Source of the DNA: Ascoidea asiatica JCM 7603
Taxonomy: Eukaryota; Fungi; Ascomycota
Assembly (NCBI GenBank): GCA_001600695.1
Contig: BCKQ01000001.1
Span: 2,166,768-2,230,767, forward strand
Length of the DNA stretch: 64,000 nucleotides
Direction of reading: 5' to 3'
The notes beneath the pieces are model-generated. The model did not search any database, was not told where the DNA came from, and saw only the letters and a list, made by a program, of their open reading frames with translations. The position numbers were made by a program, and so were the translations under genes. Below are positions 1 through 10,875 of this stretch, piece by piece (position 1 is the stretch's first letter; each line of letters opens with the position of its first letter).

Positions 1-1229
1 CTTGATAATGGACCTGGTTGACTTCTTTTAATTGCTTTATGAATATCAATAAATACATCACTTTCATCAACAATTTCTTCACCAATCAATTCTTCAATAA
101 CATCTTCTAAAGTTAAAACACCCATTGAACCAGTTGGAGAACCGGGAAATTTACTTACAACAACCATATGAGATTTACCTTCTTGGAAATAATTTAAAAT
201 TTTTAAACATGATGTATCAGGTGGTGTTTCTGGTAAAGTTGCTAATGGAAATGCACTTACAGGTAATTCATCTTCTGGATCATAAGATATTAAAACTCTA
301 ACTAATAACATTCCAATAAAATTAGTTTTTTCATTTGGTAAATATATTGGAATTCTTGAAAAACCTTTATTAAAAATTTCTTCTACAGCTTTTTGATCTA
401 AAATTTTATCAGCAGAAATCGTATAAACATTTTCAATTGGAGTCATTATTGAATCAACGGATTTTTCTTTTAAATCTAAAACTGAAGAAATTATTGTAAC
501 TTCATCATCATTTAATCTTTCAACACCCATAGTTCTATGTAAAGTTACAAGAGTTTTTAAACCTGCTTTTTTATAAATTACACCATGATCTTCACCTAAA
601 ACAGAATCTAATAATAAAGCAGTTGGATAAGATATTGGATATAATAAATACATTAAAAATAATACAAAAGGAGTAAATAAAGCACCGATTTGTAAACCAT
701 ATCTTACACAAACACTTTGTGGAATAACTTCACCAAATATAACAATTAAGATAGTTGAAGAAACAACAGCAGCTAAACCACCACCTAAACATCTATCTAA
801 AACAACAGGTAAAGTTTCATTAGTTATTACATTTGATAATAATAAAGTAACTAAAACCCAATGTTTACCTTTTTTAATTAAATTTAAAACTTTTTTAGCA
901 TTTTTTCTTTCATCAAATTCACCACTTTCAGAAATTACTTTTAAATAAACTTCATCTTGACCCATTAAAGCTAAAGTTAAACCTGCAAAAATACCACCTA
1001 ATAAAACTAAAACTAAAGAAATTATAGCATTTGTATAAAATCTTTCAGGTACAGTATTTATATTTGAATATTCATTATTATATGTATTATAATCATTATT
1101 ATTTGATAATTTATTAAAAATTGCAATTGGTAAAGATTGAACTAATTTTGGAATTAAAGATAGTATTAAAGATAATCTACCAATATTTGAAGATCTAAAT
1201 GAGGAATTATTCCTGCATTTTATTGTCAT
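1..1229 (-). CDS. MAM3: CNNM/DUF21 + CBS-domain metal homeostasis protein (runs off the left end of the window)
   Basis: Not in the ORF track; translated by hand from ATG at 1229. Contains [62 protein letters not shown] and [19 protein letters not shown]. The frame is open to position 1. Confidence 0.93.
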   Translation of the reverse strand, partial: MTIKCRNNSSFRSSNIGRLSLILSLIPKLVQSLPIAIFNKLSNNNDYNTYNNEYSNINTVPERFYTNAIISLVLVLLGGIFAGLTLALMGQDEVYLKVISESGEFDERKNAKKVLNLIKKGKHWVLVTLLLSNVITNETLPVVLDRCLGGGLAAVVSSTILIVIFGEVIPQSVCVRYGLQIGALFTPFVLFLMYLLYPISYPTALLLDSVLGEDHGVIYKKAGLKTLVTLHRTMGVERLNDDEVTIISSVLDLKEKSVDSIMTPIENVYTISADKILDQKAVEEIFNKGFSRIPIYLPNEKTNFIGMLLVRVLISYDPEDELPVSAFPLATLPETPPDTSCLKILNYFQEGKSHMVVVSKFPGSPTGSMGVLTLEDVIEELIGEEIVDESDVFIDIHKAIKRSQPGPLS

Positions 1230-1931
1230 ATTTTGGTTCTTATTTAATTTTTAATTTTATTTTGTTGATATAATTGTTATTAGTATATTTTTTTTTCACT
1301 TAATAATAGGCTAGTGATTTCCGATTCAAAAAAATTAAGAGTTAAAAGTTTTATTTAAGAGTCGAGAGTTAACAAAAGTAAGACAAAGGAGTAAGGAGTA
1401 ATTTTTTCAATCAATTTAATCTTTTTGATCTATTCGATATTTTCAATCTTTTTCTTCTAATCAATTAAGATATATGAATATTTGAATATATGAATTTATA
1501 CAAAAAAGAATAGAATTAACTTAAATTGAGCTAAAATTTTCAAAATAAATTTAGCAATTTGAGAGCGAAATAAAAGCAAGACAAAATGAGCACTAAACAC
1601 AAAACTTCAAGCGCGAATGAAATATGAATGAGAATTGAAAGCTATAAGATAGATGAATATAAACTGTAGTCAGATATATGAGATATATGAGATATATTAT
1701 TTATATGAGATGATTATGAGATATGTTACTCTTAGTCTGATTATTACAACAATTCAATAAAATAACAATACCATTACTATATTATATTGCACTTATTTCT
1801 ACTGTTCCTTATTGTTTTCAATATTTTACCATCAAGTAATGCCAATACTAACATTTTTATATTATTCTCGTGCTTGAGCAGTGCGATGCTTTCCTCTGTT
1901 TCCAGTCCTGCCGGCTCTGAGCGCGTGGGCC

Positions 1932-1957
1932 GTGTGGCTTGTAAAAGGCGTGGCGCA
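1932..1957. promoter_or_regulatory. Crz1-type element (GTGGCGCA at 1950-1957) in the GC-rich MAM3 upstream region
   Basis: Matches the GNGGC(G/T)CA consensus; motif match only. Confidence 0.3.
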
Positions 1958-2098
1958 TTACATAAACAATCTCATTCACATATACAGTATCAAGTAAAGT
2001 AAATTAAAGTAATTGAAATGATTAAAGAAAGAAATATAAAACAATAAAAAGACAACACTGATAATAATTGAATTGATAAATTACTATACAAATTCAAT

Positions 2099-3601
2099 CT
2101 ACCAACCATGATCAAAAAGCATACTTACAGATTCACCATTATGAATTCTTCTAATTGCTTCTGCAAAAATTCTACTCACGTCTAAAACTTCACAAAAGTC
2201 AGGTCCAAATTTTTTCCAATTTTCTAATTGTGGTACAGTATTTGTAATGATAATTTTATCAATTGAACTTTTTTTAATTCTATTAATTGCATCTCCTGAA
2301 AATATACCATGAGTTACAACTGCATAAACGTATTTGGCCCCTTGATCTTTTAATAATTTTGCAGCTCTAGTAATTGTATATGATGTGTCAACTAAATCAT
2401 CTAATAAAATACAAACTTTATCTCGAACATCTCCAACTAGCATTGTTGTAGCAATTAACATTGGCTTATTCTCATTATTATTATTATTGTTTCCATTATA
2501 TATGTCGGGCAGATAAATAGACGTACTTGTAGGTGGTAAAATTCTTGGGGAATTAGATATACCATTAACTGTACCATTATTTATACAGCTATTGGTACCA
2601 TTAGTACCACTTGTAGAATTCGTACTATTATTATTGTTATTGTTCTGATTATTATTACCATTATTACTATTATTTTGATTATTAATTGGTGCATTAATAA
2701 CTGTTCTTCTTTCTTTATGAATTAAAGCAAAATTCATACCTAAATTATCTGCAATTGCTGTTGTTCTTTTTGCTCCACCTGCATCTGGTGAAACAATAAC
2801 ACAATTTGTATAATTTGGTATATTTCCAATAATATATTGACTTAATAATGGTCTTGAATATAAATTATCAACTGGTATATCAAAAAATCCTTGAAATTGA
2901 GGATCATGTAAATCCATTGTAATTATATGATCCGCACCTGAAACTGTTAATAAATCAGCAATCAATGTACCTGCTTGTGCAACCCATTCTTTGTATCCAG
3001 AATTATTATCTTTATATGATAAATCTGATGAAAAAATTGATGATGAAGTATTGAAAGTTCCATTACCATTTCCATTTAAATTTGAGGTTTTAAAATTATT
3101 ATAATTTAATAATGCTGGTGATCCTAAATTAAATACAGGTGGTGATGGTAATTCATTATTTGAAAATTTATTTAATTTCTCAATTGAATTTTCTCTATTC
3201 ATAAATGATCCTAATCCAAAATTTCTTGGCCTTGGAGTTCCTGGTACACTTTCAAAAGTATATTCTGATTTTGGTTTGGATGTTAATGGTGCTCCACTTT
3301 TAGTATATGGTACATCTGGTTGTCTAGAATATGGAAATAAAGGTAAGACTGCTGTTACTCTTTTTGCTGAAGCTGTTTTACATGCATTTATTAAAATTAA
3401 AAGCTCCATGATATTATCATTTACTTTTCCACTTGATGATTGTACAATATAAACATCTTTTTCTCTAACTGAATCATTAATTGTTACTGAAGTTTCTCCA
3501 TTTTTAAATTTCTTAAGTTCACAACTTCCTTCTTTTAAAGATAAATTCGAACATATTTTGCCCACCATCTCTGATGATCCAAACACTATTAAATCCCTCA
3601 T
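2099..3601 (-). CDS. PRS5: Ribose-phosphate pyrophosphokinase, Prs5 type, with two non-homologous insertions
   Basis: Motifs FPYSRQ, ITMDLHDPQFQGFF, VSPDAGGAKR and DDLVDTSYT, the C-terminal SVSMLFDHGW, and two large inserts as in Prs5. Confidence 0.92.
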   Translation of the reverse strand: MRDLIVFGSSEMVGKICSNLSLKEGSCELKKFKNGETSVTINDSVREKDVYIVQSSSGKVNDNIMELLILINACKTASAKRVTAVLPLFPYSRQPDVPYTKSGAPLTSKPKSEYTFESVPGTPRPRNFGLGSFMNRENSIEKLNKFSNNELPSPPVFNLGSPALLNYNNFKTSNLNGNGNGTFNTSSSIFSSDLSYKDNNSGYKEWVAQAGTLIADLLTVSGADHIITMDLHDPQFQGFFDIPVDNLYSRPLLSQYIIGNIPNYTNCVIVSPDAGGAKRTTAIADNLGMNFALIHKERRTVINAPINNQNNSNNGNNNQNNNNNNSTNSTSGTNGTNSCINNGTVNGISNSPRILPPTSTSIYLPDIYNGNNNNNNENKPMLIATTMLVGDVRDKVCILLDDLVDTSYTITRAAKLLKDQGAKYVYAVVTHGIFSGDAINRIKKSSIDKIIITNTVPQLENWKKFGPDFCEVLDVSRIFAEAIRRIHNGESVSMLFDHGW

Positions 3602-4146
3602 CCTTAACTTATATCTCGTATCTCTTTTTCTCTATATTTTCCCTAAAGTATAGTTTTTATCTTTATTTCATTAACTGTTCTTGATTATTTTCTTATCTAG
3701 CTTCTTTTTGGTTACTCATCAAATTTCAGATAAAAAAAATGTTAAATTCTAAAAAGAAAAAAAAAATTACGAAGTTACCCTGCCGTGGCCGACTAAACGA
3801 TAAAAACCGATAACGCTAAAAAATATAAAATATTCAACAACGTTATTTTATTCTAAGTAATCTGATTGAATAATCGATTTATAACTTATGATAAATAAAT
3901 AAAAAACTATTACCATTTCAATTTACATAAAACATAAAAGTATAAAGCACAAATCATAAATTTTTATTACAAAAATGAATTTTAACTATAAATATAATAT
4001 ATAAACTAACTACAGCTCCGATACTGTAGTTAAATGAAAACAAAATCAAAATCAAAAGAAAGTAAAAAAAAAAAAAATGATTTAAAAAAAAAATGAGTCA
4101 AAAAAAAAAGGATAAACTATAACCAATTAAAACATATTTCTTATAA

Positions 4147-5235
4147 TTACCATTCAATATCCATAGAACCAAATGGTCGACTAATTAATAATTCATTTAC
4201 AATAGCATCCACATTTCTAATATATTGTCTTAAAATTCCAGCCTTTTCTTCTGTTGTTCTTCTTATAAATCCATCTTTATATAAAATTTTTGATTGATTT
4301 AAAATAAAACTTTCATTTAAATTCATCTCAAATGATTTTTCAATATTTATTGAAGTTTCTGGAATTAAATAAAAAAATAAAAATTCTAAAATTTTAACTT
4401 TAATTTCTTTATTTGTTGTCTTTTTTATAAATAAATTACAAATTAATTTTATACCACCAAATTTTTCAAAATTTCTTAAATTTGGTACATTTTTAACTAA
4501 TGTACAAACTAATGTTTGAATTGAAGTTATTATCACTGAAGGTTGATAAATTTTATTACTTAAATAAAGTAATAATAATTTCATATTACATTCTCTATTA
4601 AATAATTTTCTTGAATCTGGATGTAATAATAAAACACCTTGTAAAACTCTATGTGCTAAGATTATAAATTCTTGTGGATAATCATTGAAATTTATTGATG
4701 AATTCATTCTATTTAAACATGATATTATTGCATTTGCAATATTATATTCAAAATTTTCTTGAAGTTTTATAAATTCTCCAAATACAGAATCTGTTGATGT
4801 AGGAACTTTCCATAGTCCAATATCTGATATAGTTGTATTTGAACTTAAACTAGAAGTTGAATTTGAATTTGAATTTAATTTACTATTATAATTTTTATTT
4901 CTTGTTGATTTAATTCCTCTCATTGAAGATTTTGTCAATGGTTTCAGAGTTCTATTTGAATAATCATTTGTATAGTCATTCGAATAATCATTTGAGTAAT
5001 CATTATTGGTTGATGAATGATTCATAGTTCCATTTGAAACATTAGTATTACTACTATTCATACTCATATTAATATTTGATGATAATTTTGATGAATTTGC
5101 AGAAGATTTCTCAACACACATTTGTCCTAATAATGCATCTAATCTTTGTAATCCATCATGAATTGAAGATGCTTCAGAAGAATATAATCTATCCATAGCA
5201 TCATTAAGATATTCTTTTAAGTTATAATTTGACAT
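4147..5235 (-). CDS. S. pombe Cdc14-like septation initiation network component (not the Cdc14 phosphatase)
   Basis: Motifs LQENFEYNIA, LQGVLLLHPDSRKLF, NLRNFEKFGG, KILEFLFFYL and ELLISRPFG, recognised from the SIN Cdc14 family; no phosphatase CX5R motif. Confidence 0.75.
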   Translation of the reverse strand: MSNYNLKEYLNDAMDRLYSSEASSIHDGLQRLDALLGQMCVEKSSANSSKLSSNINMSMNSSNTNVSNGTMNHSSTNNDYSNDYSNDYTNDYSNRTLKPLTKSSMRGIKSTRNKNYNSKLNSNSNSTSSLSSNTTISDIGLWKVPTSTDSVFGEFIKLQENFEYNIANAIISCLNRMNSSINFNDYPQEFIILAHRVLQGVLLLHPDSRKLFNRECNMKLLLLYLSNKIYQPSVIITSIQTLVCTLVKNVPNLRNFEKFGGIKLICNLFIKKTTNKEIKVKILEFLFFYLIPETSINIEKSFEMNLNESFILNQSKILYKDGFIRRTTEEKAGILRQYIRNVDAIVNELLISRPFGSMDIEW

Positions 5236-6320
5236 TTTGATTTTGATATAATTTGATTTTATTTGATTCTAGATATTTAATGTACCAAATAAGGAAAATA
5301 AAAAGATATAATTTAAAGCACACCCGACAAAAAGTAAAATAAATAAAAAGTGATCCCAAAAAGATAATATAAATAAACTAAAGAAAATAAAAAGTAAAAG
5401 AAAAGAAGTATGATTTATTTTTTAAAATTTGAATTGAAAAGAAATGAATTGAAAAAGTACAAAATGTACAACTAATAAACAGTGATAATTGTTTTTTTTA
5501 TAGATTACAATAAATAATGCTGAATATGAATTCTAGATAAAAGATAATAATTTGATAAAAAATAATCAAATGCTTATTTTCTTGATTATTAATTGATTAT
5601 TGAATAAATGATAGTAATATTAGTAGTAATAATTGTTATGATTGTGATATATGAGAGTAACTGAAAAAGAAATGATGATTTAAAATAAATATTTGTATAA
5701 ACAAATAATTATCGTTGGTTAAAAGAGATTAAAAGATTTGAAATAAAAGGTCAATTTGCTTTTTTTATATATATTTGAAACTTCAATTGGTCTAACGATT
5801 AGTCCAGCAAAAATTAAAATGAATATTCTTTTTAATTTAATTGAAAAATACAAGACAAGGATGATCTTTTTACAACTCCTGAAACTTTTGTTTTCTTAGT
5901 AAAAGTTAGCTATATTATATATAAAACTGACTCTTCGCCTAAGTAGTAACAGTACTAGAAAAAAAACTTCTTTGAAAGTAGGATTAACTTTTAATTTTAT
6001 ATTTAAAACTCTTGCAAGAACACTCAATAGTACTTTTTAGGTTATAATTATTTTCAATTATAAAGGCTAGCTGATATATAATTATTTAATATTATTTTAT
6101 CACAGAACTAACTTTACAACTCTCCACAGGATACGCCATCGAAGAGAACAATTTTGTTCTCATTCTCTGCCTGATTTGAATAAAATATATTTATTTAGGT
6201 TAAAGGCAGTGATGAAAAGTGATTCCAGTCACTTTTTTGTCGATGTTTGAAGAAATTTTCAAGAACTTTTATCAAAATTTTGCTTTTCAAATCCAAATTG
6301 AGTTCGCTAAAGCAAGGGGC

Positions 6321-6356
6321 TATTTACGTTTTACCGCTTTAGGGAAAATGTAAACA
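6321..6356. promoter_or_regulatory. Composite Mcm1 + forkhead element (CLB2-cluster type)
   Basis: TTACCGCTTTAGGGAA (CC-N6-GG) at 6331-6346, followed by GTAAACA at 6350-6356; a second forkhead-type site TATTTAC at 6321-6327. Confidence 0.5.
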
Positions 6357-7212
6357 CGCTAAACGAAGTGAAAAAAAAAAAATTTATTTGTATTCAATAG
6401 AATTCAATTGAATTTGATAAATTACTACTAGAAAATATTGGGAAATATAATAAATTTCATTGAAATGCTAAGAATAAATAATATTTACTAGAAAATTCTT
6501 GAATTTGAAATAATATTTTAATTTTTTAACTCTGGTCAATGTAATACTATTCAAAAACAAATTCATATTCGGTTTCAAACAGTTTCGTCAGTCTTATTTA
6601 TACTATTTTATTCTCTTTGATTCCAATAAACTCTCATTTATTCTTTATGAAGTAGATGAGGAGTGTATTTTTCAGTGATGAAAAGTTGTCACATAATCAA
6701 TCTTATAATAATCTCTGACATATTATTTTCATTGCCTTTTATAAAAACGCCTTGATAAATTAAAATAATAATGAGAATAATATTATAATGAAATAAAATA
6801 ATAATATTAAATATGAAAAACCGATTTAGTTTGGCAGCTAGAAATGAGGGTAGTTTTTAAAAGCAAAGCGAAAAAAAATCTGGTTTCAGCTTATCAAAAA
6901 GACAAAAAAAAAAAAAAGATTAAAAAATGGCAATCAGGTCCCAACTTTCAGCTTTGGAAAATTAAACCATCTTTAATTGAAACAATTCATTGAAATGAAT
7001 CAATAAAGTAACACAAGGAAAAGTACTGAATCCTAAAATATGACAGTTTCAAAATTGATAAAAGTGGAATAGAAATAACCAATTTCATGGAAATTCCAAA
7101 ACGCCTTGAAAGTAACTAACTAATATAAAAAGTAAATAAGATTTTTGATATTTTATATCAAATTTCAAGATTTACAAGAACAAACAAATTGAGAATTGAA
7201 GTCTGATAATTA

Positions 7213-8841
7213 TTATTTTTCATTAGTATCTGACATTAAATAATGATTGACACTAAGTAAAGTAGATCTACTTGGATTAACTTTTGGAATAATTTCTAAA
7301 ATTTTAGCCATATAATTTCTAATTATATCTTTAGTTGGTTTTCTAGAGTCTTTCAATGAATTATTCGAAAGATCAGATAATTTAAGATCAATTATATTGA
7401 AAAATTGAAATAGAATAATCAAAAGAAAACCAATTGATAAATCTAATTCATTTTCTTCTAGTATTAATAAACTTTCATAAGTAAAATTATTATTACTTGA
7501 ATTGAAGAAATTATTAATAATTAAAGGAAAAAAAAATCTTAGATTTTTTGAATCTTTTTTATTATTTGAAGATAAAGGTAATGATAAAACATTTATATTT
7601 AGTTTATTATTTGTAATCAATAAATAATTAATTTTTTTAAAATTTTTTGAGTTGGAGTTTGAATTCAATTGAATTTTGAACTCAAATTTCTCAAATTTCA
7701 TATCATTCATTAGATAACTTTCATTTGAGTCTTTTAAGAAATTAATATAATTTGAATTACCAAAAATTATTATAAGTTTTTTTTGAAGATTTGGAATATT
7801 TGAAAATTGATTGAATAACTTTGAAATGAGATTATTTTTTTGAATTGAATTAAGTAAATTTGAATGATTAAAAGAACCAATTTTTATATATGAATTGATG
7901 TGAAATAAATTAAGTAAACTGAGATTATTAACATCATTAGTTTTCAGGTCAATAGAATTAATCGACTTAGTGGAATTAGTGAAATCTTGTTGGCTATTAT
8001 AATTATTATCATTATCACAAAGTTTATTAATCAAAATATTCAAATCATTATCGGATAAATTAGGATCAATTAAAGAATTTATATTATTCCAAAATATTAA
8101 TGGATTAAAATTTTGATTTGGAGTCCAAGATTCTTGATCATCAGCTGCACCGGGAATATAATCATTTGAATTTAATAAATTAATATTACTTGGATTCAAG
8201 AGAAAAATTGGATAATAATCTTGATTATTTAAATGATTCTTTAAAATTGGATCAAATGATGACTTTAAATCATTTGAGATATAAATTAATTTTAAAGGTT
8301 TACCTAAATTTAATAATAAATAATTTTGATTAATAATATTTAAATTTAATAAATTTTTAATAAATTGATTTAAATTATTTATAATTTTATTTTTTTCAGA
8401 AATTGAAATTAAATTAAATTCATTATCTAAATTAAAATCTGGAAACATAATTAAATTTAAAACATTAATCCAAATTGGAATTGTTTTTGTAAAAGAATCT
8501 GGGAATTTTTTTTTTTTTGAAGAATCAATAATTATTAAACCATTTTTAATATTTAAAATTTTTATTAAATGAAAATTTAGTCTTCTTAATGAAAAATTAT
8601 ATTGATCTTTATGACCATCAGTTGATTTAAAATAAGACTCTTCAAATAATAAAAATTTTTGTATATACCAAACACCACATCTTTTATTACCAATAATTGG
8701 TAAATTTATAAAATTACTGAAATCTTTTATGAATAAAGAATCTTTGTAAATTGAATTTAATCTCACTCTTAAAGATAATTTTTTCTCATTTTGTTTATTA
8801 TCATTATCAATACTACTATTTTTTGTGAATTCACTCATCAT
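7213..8841 (-). CDS. RIT1: Initiator tRNA A64 2'-O-phosphoribosyltransferase
   Basis: Motifs NKRCGVWY, YFKSTDGH, FSLRRLN, PDSFTKTIPIW, GAADD and the C-terminal NPSRSTL. Confidence 0.88.
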   Translation of the reverse strand: MMSEFTKNSSIDNDNKQNEKKLSLRVRLNSIYKDSLFIKDFSNFINLPIIGNKRCGVWYIQKFLLFEESYFKSTDGHKDQYNFSLRRLNFHLIKILNIKNGLIIIDSSKKKKFPDSFTKTIPIWINVLNLIMFPDFNLDNEFNLISISEKNKIINNLNQFIKNLLNLNIINQNYLLLNLGKPLKLIYISNDLKSSFDPILKNHLNNQDYYPIFLLNPSNINLLNSNDYIPGAADDQESWTPNQNFNPLIFWNNINSLIDPNLSDNDLNILINKLCDNDNNYNSQQDFTNSTKSINSIDLKTNDVNNLSLLNLFHINSYIKIGSFNHSNLLNSIQKNNLISKLFNQFSNIPNLQKKLIIIFGNSNYINFLKDSNESYLMNDMKFEKFEFKIQLNSNSNSKNFKKINYLLITNNKLNINVLSLPLSSNNKKDSKNLRFFFPLIINNFFNSSNNNFTYESLLILEENELDLSIGFLLIILFQFFNIIDLKLSDLSNNSLKDSRKPTKDIIRNYMAKILEIIPKVNPSRSTLLSVNHYLMSDTNEK

Positions 8842-9044
8842 AGAATATGTTTCTCATAATTTCGAAACTCATTCAGTTCATTCTTATTATTCATTCATAC
8901 TTTTTATTGTTTTTCGAGTTAAAATAGTGAAAATTATGAAAATAAAGATTTAAAGTTTCAAAATTACCCGATTGATCAATAAAAAAAACAAAAAAAAGGA
9001 ATATAATCAAAATTAAAAGCGCCACAAAACTGGATTCAAAGTTT

Positions 9045-10875
9045 ATCACGTGTAGAAATGTGTCATGTGATATTTTTGAAAAAAAAGATCAAAATGGTGG
9101 CTTGATAAAATAGCCACAATATGGCGTAATTATTTATCCCAATCTTCTTCGGAAGCTTTGAGCATTAGATCCTGCAATTATTGATGCTTTTACACAGCTC
9201 AGTTTTAGTTGAATTTAATAGCAGTGAATGATTATTCAGTTCATCATTAGCGCAAACATCAAGAGCAGAACAATGTTATTCATCTGATATTGCCATATTC
9301 TAAGAGAATATAATCATAATTATCATATAATCACAGAAGCATATTTCTTCATGAGATGGAGGTGAGGAAAATAGTTCGATAACAAAAGCTGAAGAGGCAA
9401 TTGGTGCTTTATATACGAATAAATGCTCCAGGCTGGAGTCCATTGAAATCTGAGCAGGAACCCCTGCTAGTAGGACAGATCACCCTCGGAAAACAGGAGT
9501 CCAGTGAGGAACTCACTTTCCTGTCGGGATCTTGTTCCATTGGATGGCGTTTGTGTAACTCCTCTCAACTTATCTAATTAGATACTTATTTAAGTAGATA
9601 ATAATCAGATAAATATGTAATATTCAAGACAAATAAAACTACTTCACTTCTTTCAATTTGTCTATGATGAGTAATAGCTTTTTATTTAATGATCTTTGAT
9701 TTTCCTTCCACTAAAATATCACCTTTTGATATATTTTTTAATTTTTTTGTTTTTTCTTTTAGATGTTTTTCAATGTTTGATAATTTTGATAAAGTTAATT
9801 TTCGGAGTTCCTCAGAAATGAGATTTTTATGTATGGCTGAAAAGAGTTTTCTGGAACAAATCGGATGGAAAGCAGAAAAGTGAGACTGATTTTGGCCAAG
9901 TGTCGGGTGCTTGAGCTCAATTTCCGCTTCTGGTTTTAATTGGCTGAAACTGGGCTCGCTCGGTTCGAAGAAAATATGATAAAAATAATAAGAAGAAATT
10001 GATAATATAATTTCACCTGATCTTTCTCAAATGTGATTGCAATTCAATTCTGACTCAATTTTCACTGATTCTTTTTTTTTTCAATGTTTGTTGTTTTTTC
10101 TAACCCACTTTGAAACCATTGGAATAAAATACTGAAAGAAAATCACTCTCCGTAGAAATATACAGAAAAAAAGAAAGGAAAAGAAAAAAAATTTGAATCT
10201 GTATCGGATACATAATCGAACGATTTTTCATTATTAAAGGAGGGGTGATTCTTTTGAAGATTATTTGAGGAAACTGATTAAGATCCGACTCACATTTTCT
10301 TAAGTATCCATCCACACTAGGAAATTTTATTTTACCTAGAAAATTGACAGGGAAATTGACAAGGGAAAAACATTGTTATCGAGATTAACAAAGTAGTAGT
10401 AAAATACTCTTTGATAGTGGCCTGAATTACTATTGTAATAGTAGTTGCAAAGTAACGCTACTAATATCTTTCGGTAACTCGATCCTACAATTTCAATCAT
10501 GACTTGAGTAAATTAACCCCTTGAGAGGTCTGGCGATACTGAAGTTTTTGGTAAAGTGACTGTTCTGCTATCTGGTATGAGTCTTGTGCTCTAAGGCAAA
10601 GACTCACCGAAGACAAAGTGGCGAGACTCCCTGATGAGACAGGTGTGGTTAAAGAGCGATAAGCTTAAAAAGTGTAATGCACACGTAATATTCATCCTTA
10701 TAGGAGGGGTATATCTCTGGAGATTCTCAGAAAACCATCCGAAGCCCCTCCAATCCGGCTTCTATAAAGTTTAGCAGTTAGTGCACACATATGAAAGCCG
10801 CTGACTGCCTCTGATTGCCGTTTTCCTGCTAACCAAAAAATTTAGTACTGTACTGGCAAAAGTCGAATTTTGGCT
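9045..10875 (+). ncRNA. Long, highly structured non-coding RNA; candidate telomerase RNA (ends approximate)
   Basis: Nested long-range helices with G.U pairs on the + strand: 9145-9153/9964-9972, 9196-9210/9942-9956, 9279-9288/9860-9869, 9358-9367/9642-9651, 10375-10384/10469-10478 and 10537-10552/10832-10847. P3-like loop at 10385-10393/10464-10468, template-like segment at 10278-10304, Sm-like AATTTTGG at 10866-10873. No credible ORF. Confidence 0.6.

Noticed and set aside
9426-9470. CCAGG...GAAA...GAGCAGG resembling SRP RNA helix 8
   Set aside because: The spacing does not form the tetraloop hairpin, and there is no Alu-type GCTGTAA 5' end.
9940-9972. A-box/B-box-like text (TGGCTGAAACTGG ... 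GGTTCGAA) suggesting a tRNA
   Set aside because: No cloverleaf, and the B box lacks the terminal CC. These bases are better explained as 3' strands of long-range helices. GGTTCGAA near 41973 also lacks a cloverleaf.
9689-10315. Short ORFs 9689-9883 (+) and 10100-10315 (-)
   Set aside because: Short, compositionally biased, with no recognisable motif; they overlap the structured RNA candidate.
10631-10665. CTGATGAG resembling a hammerhead ribozyme core
   Set aside because: No stem II closed by the required GAAA (the sequence reads CGATAA) and no stem III or cleavage triplet.
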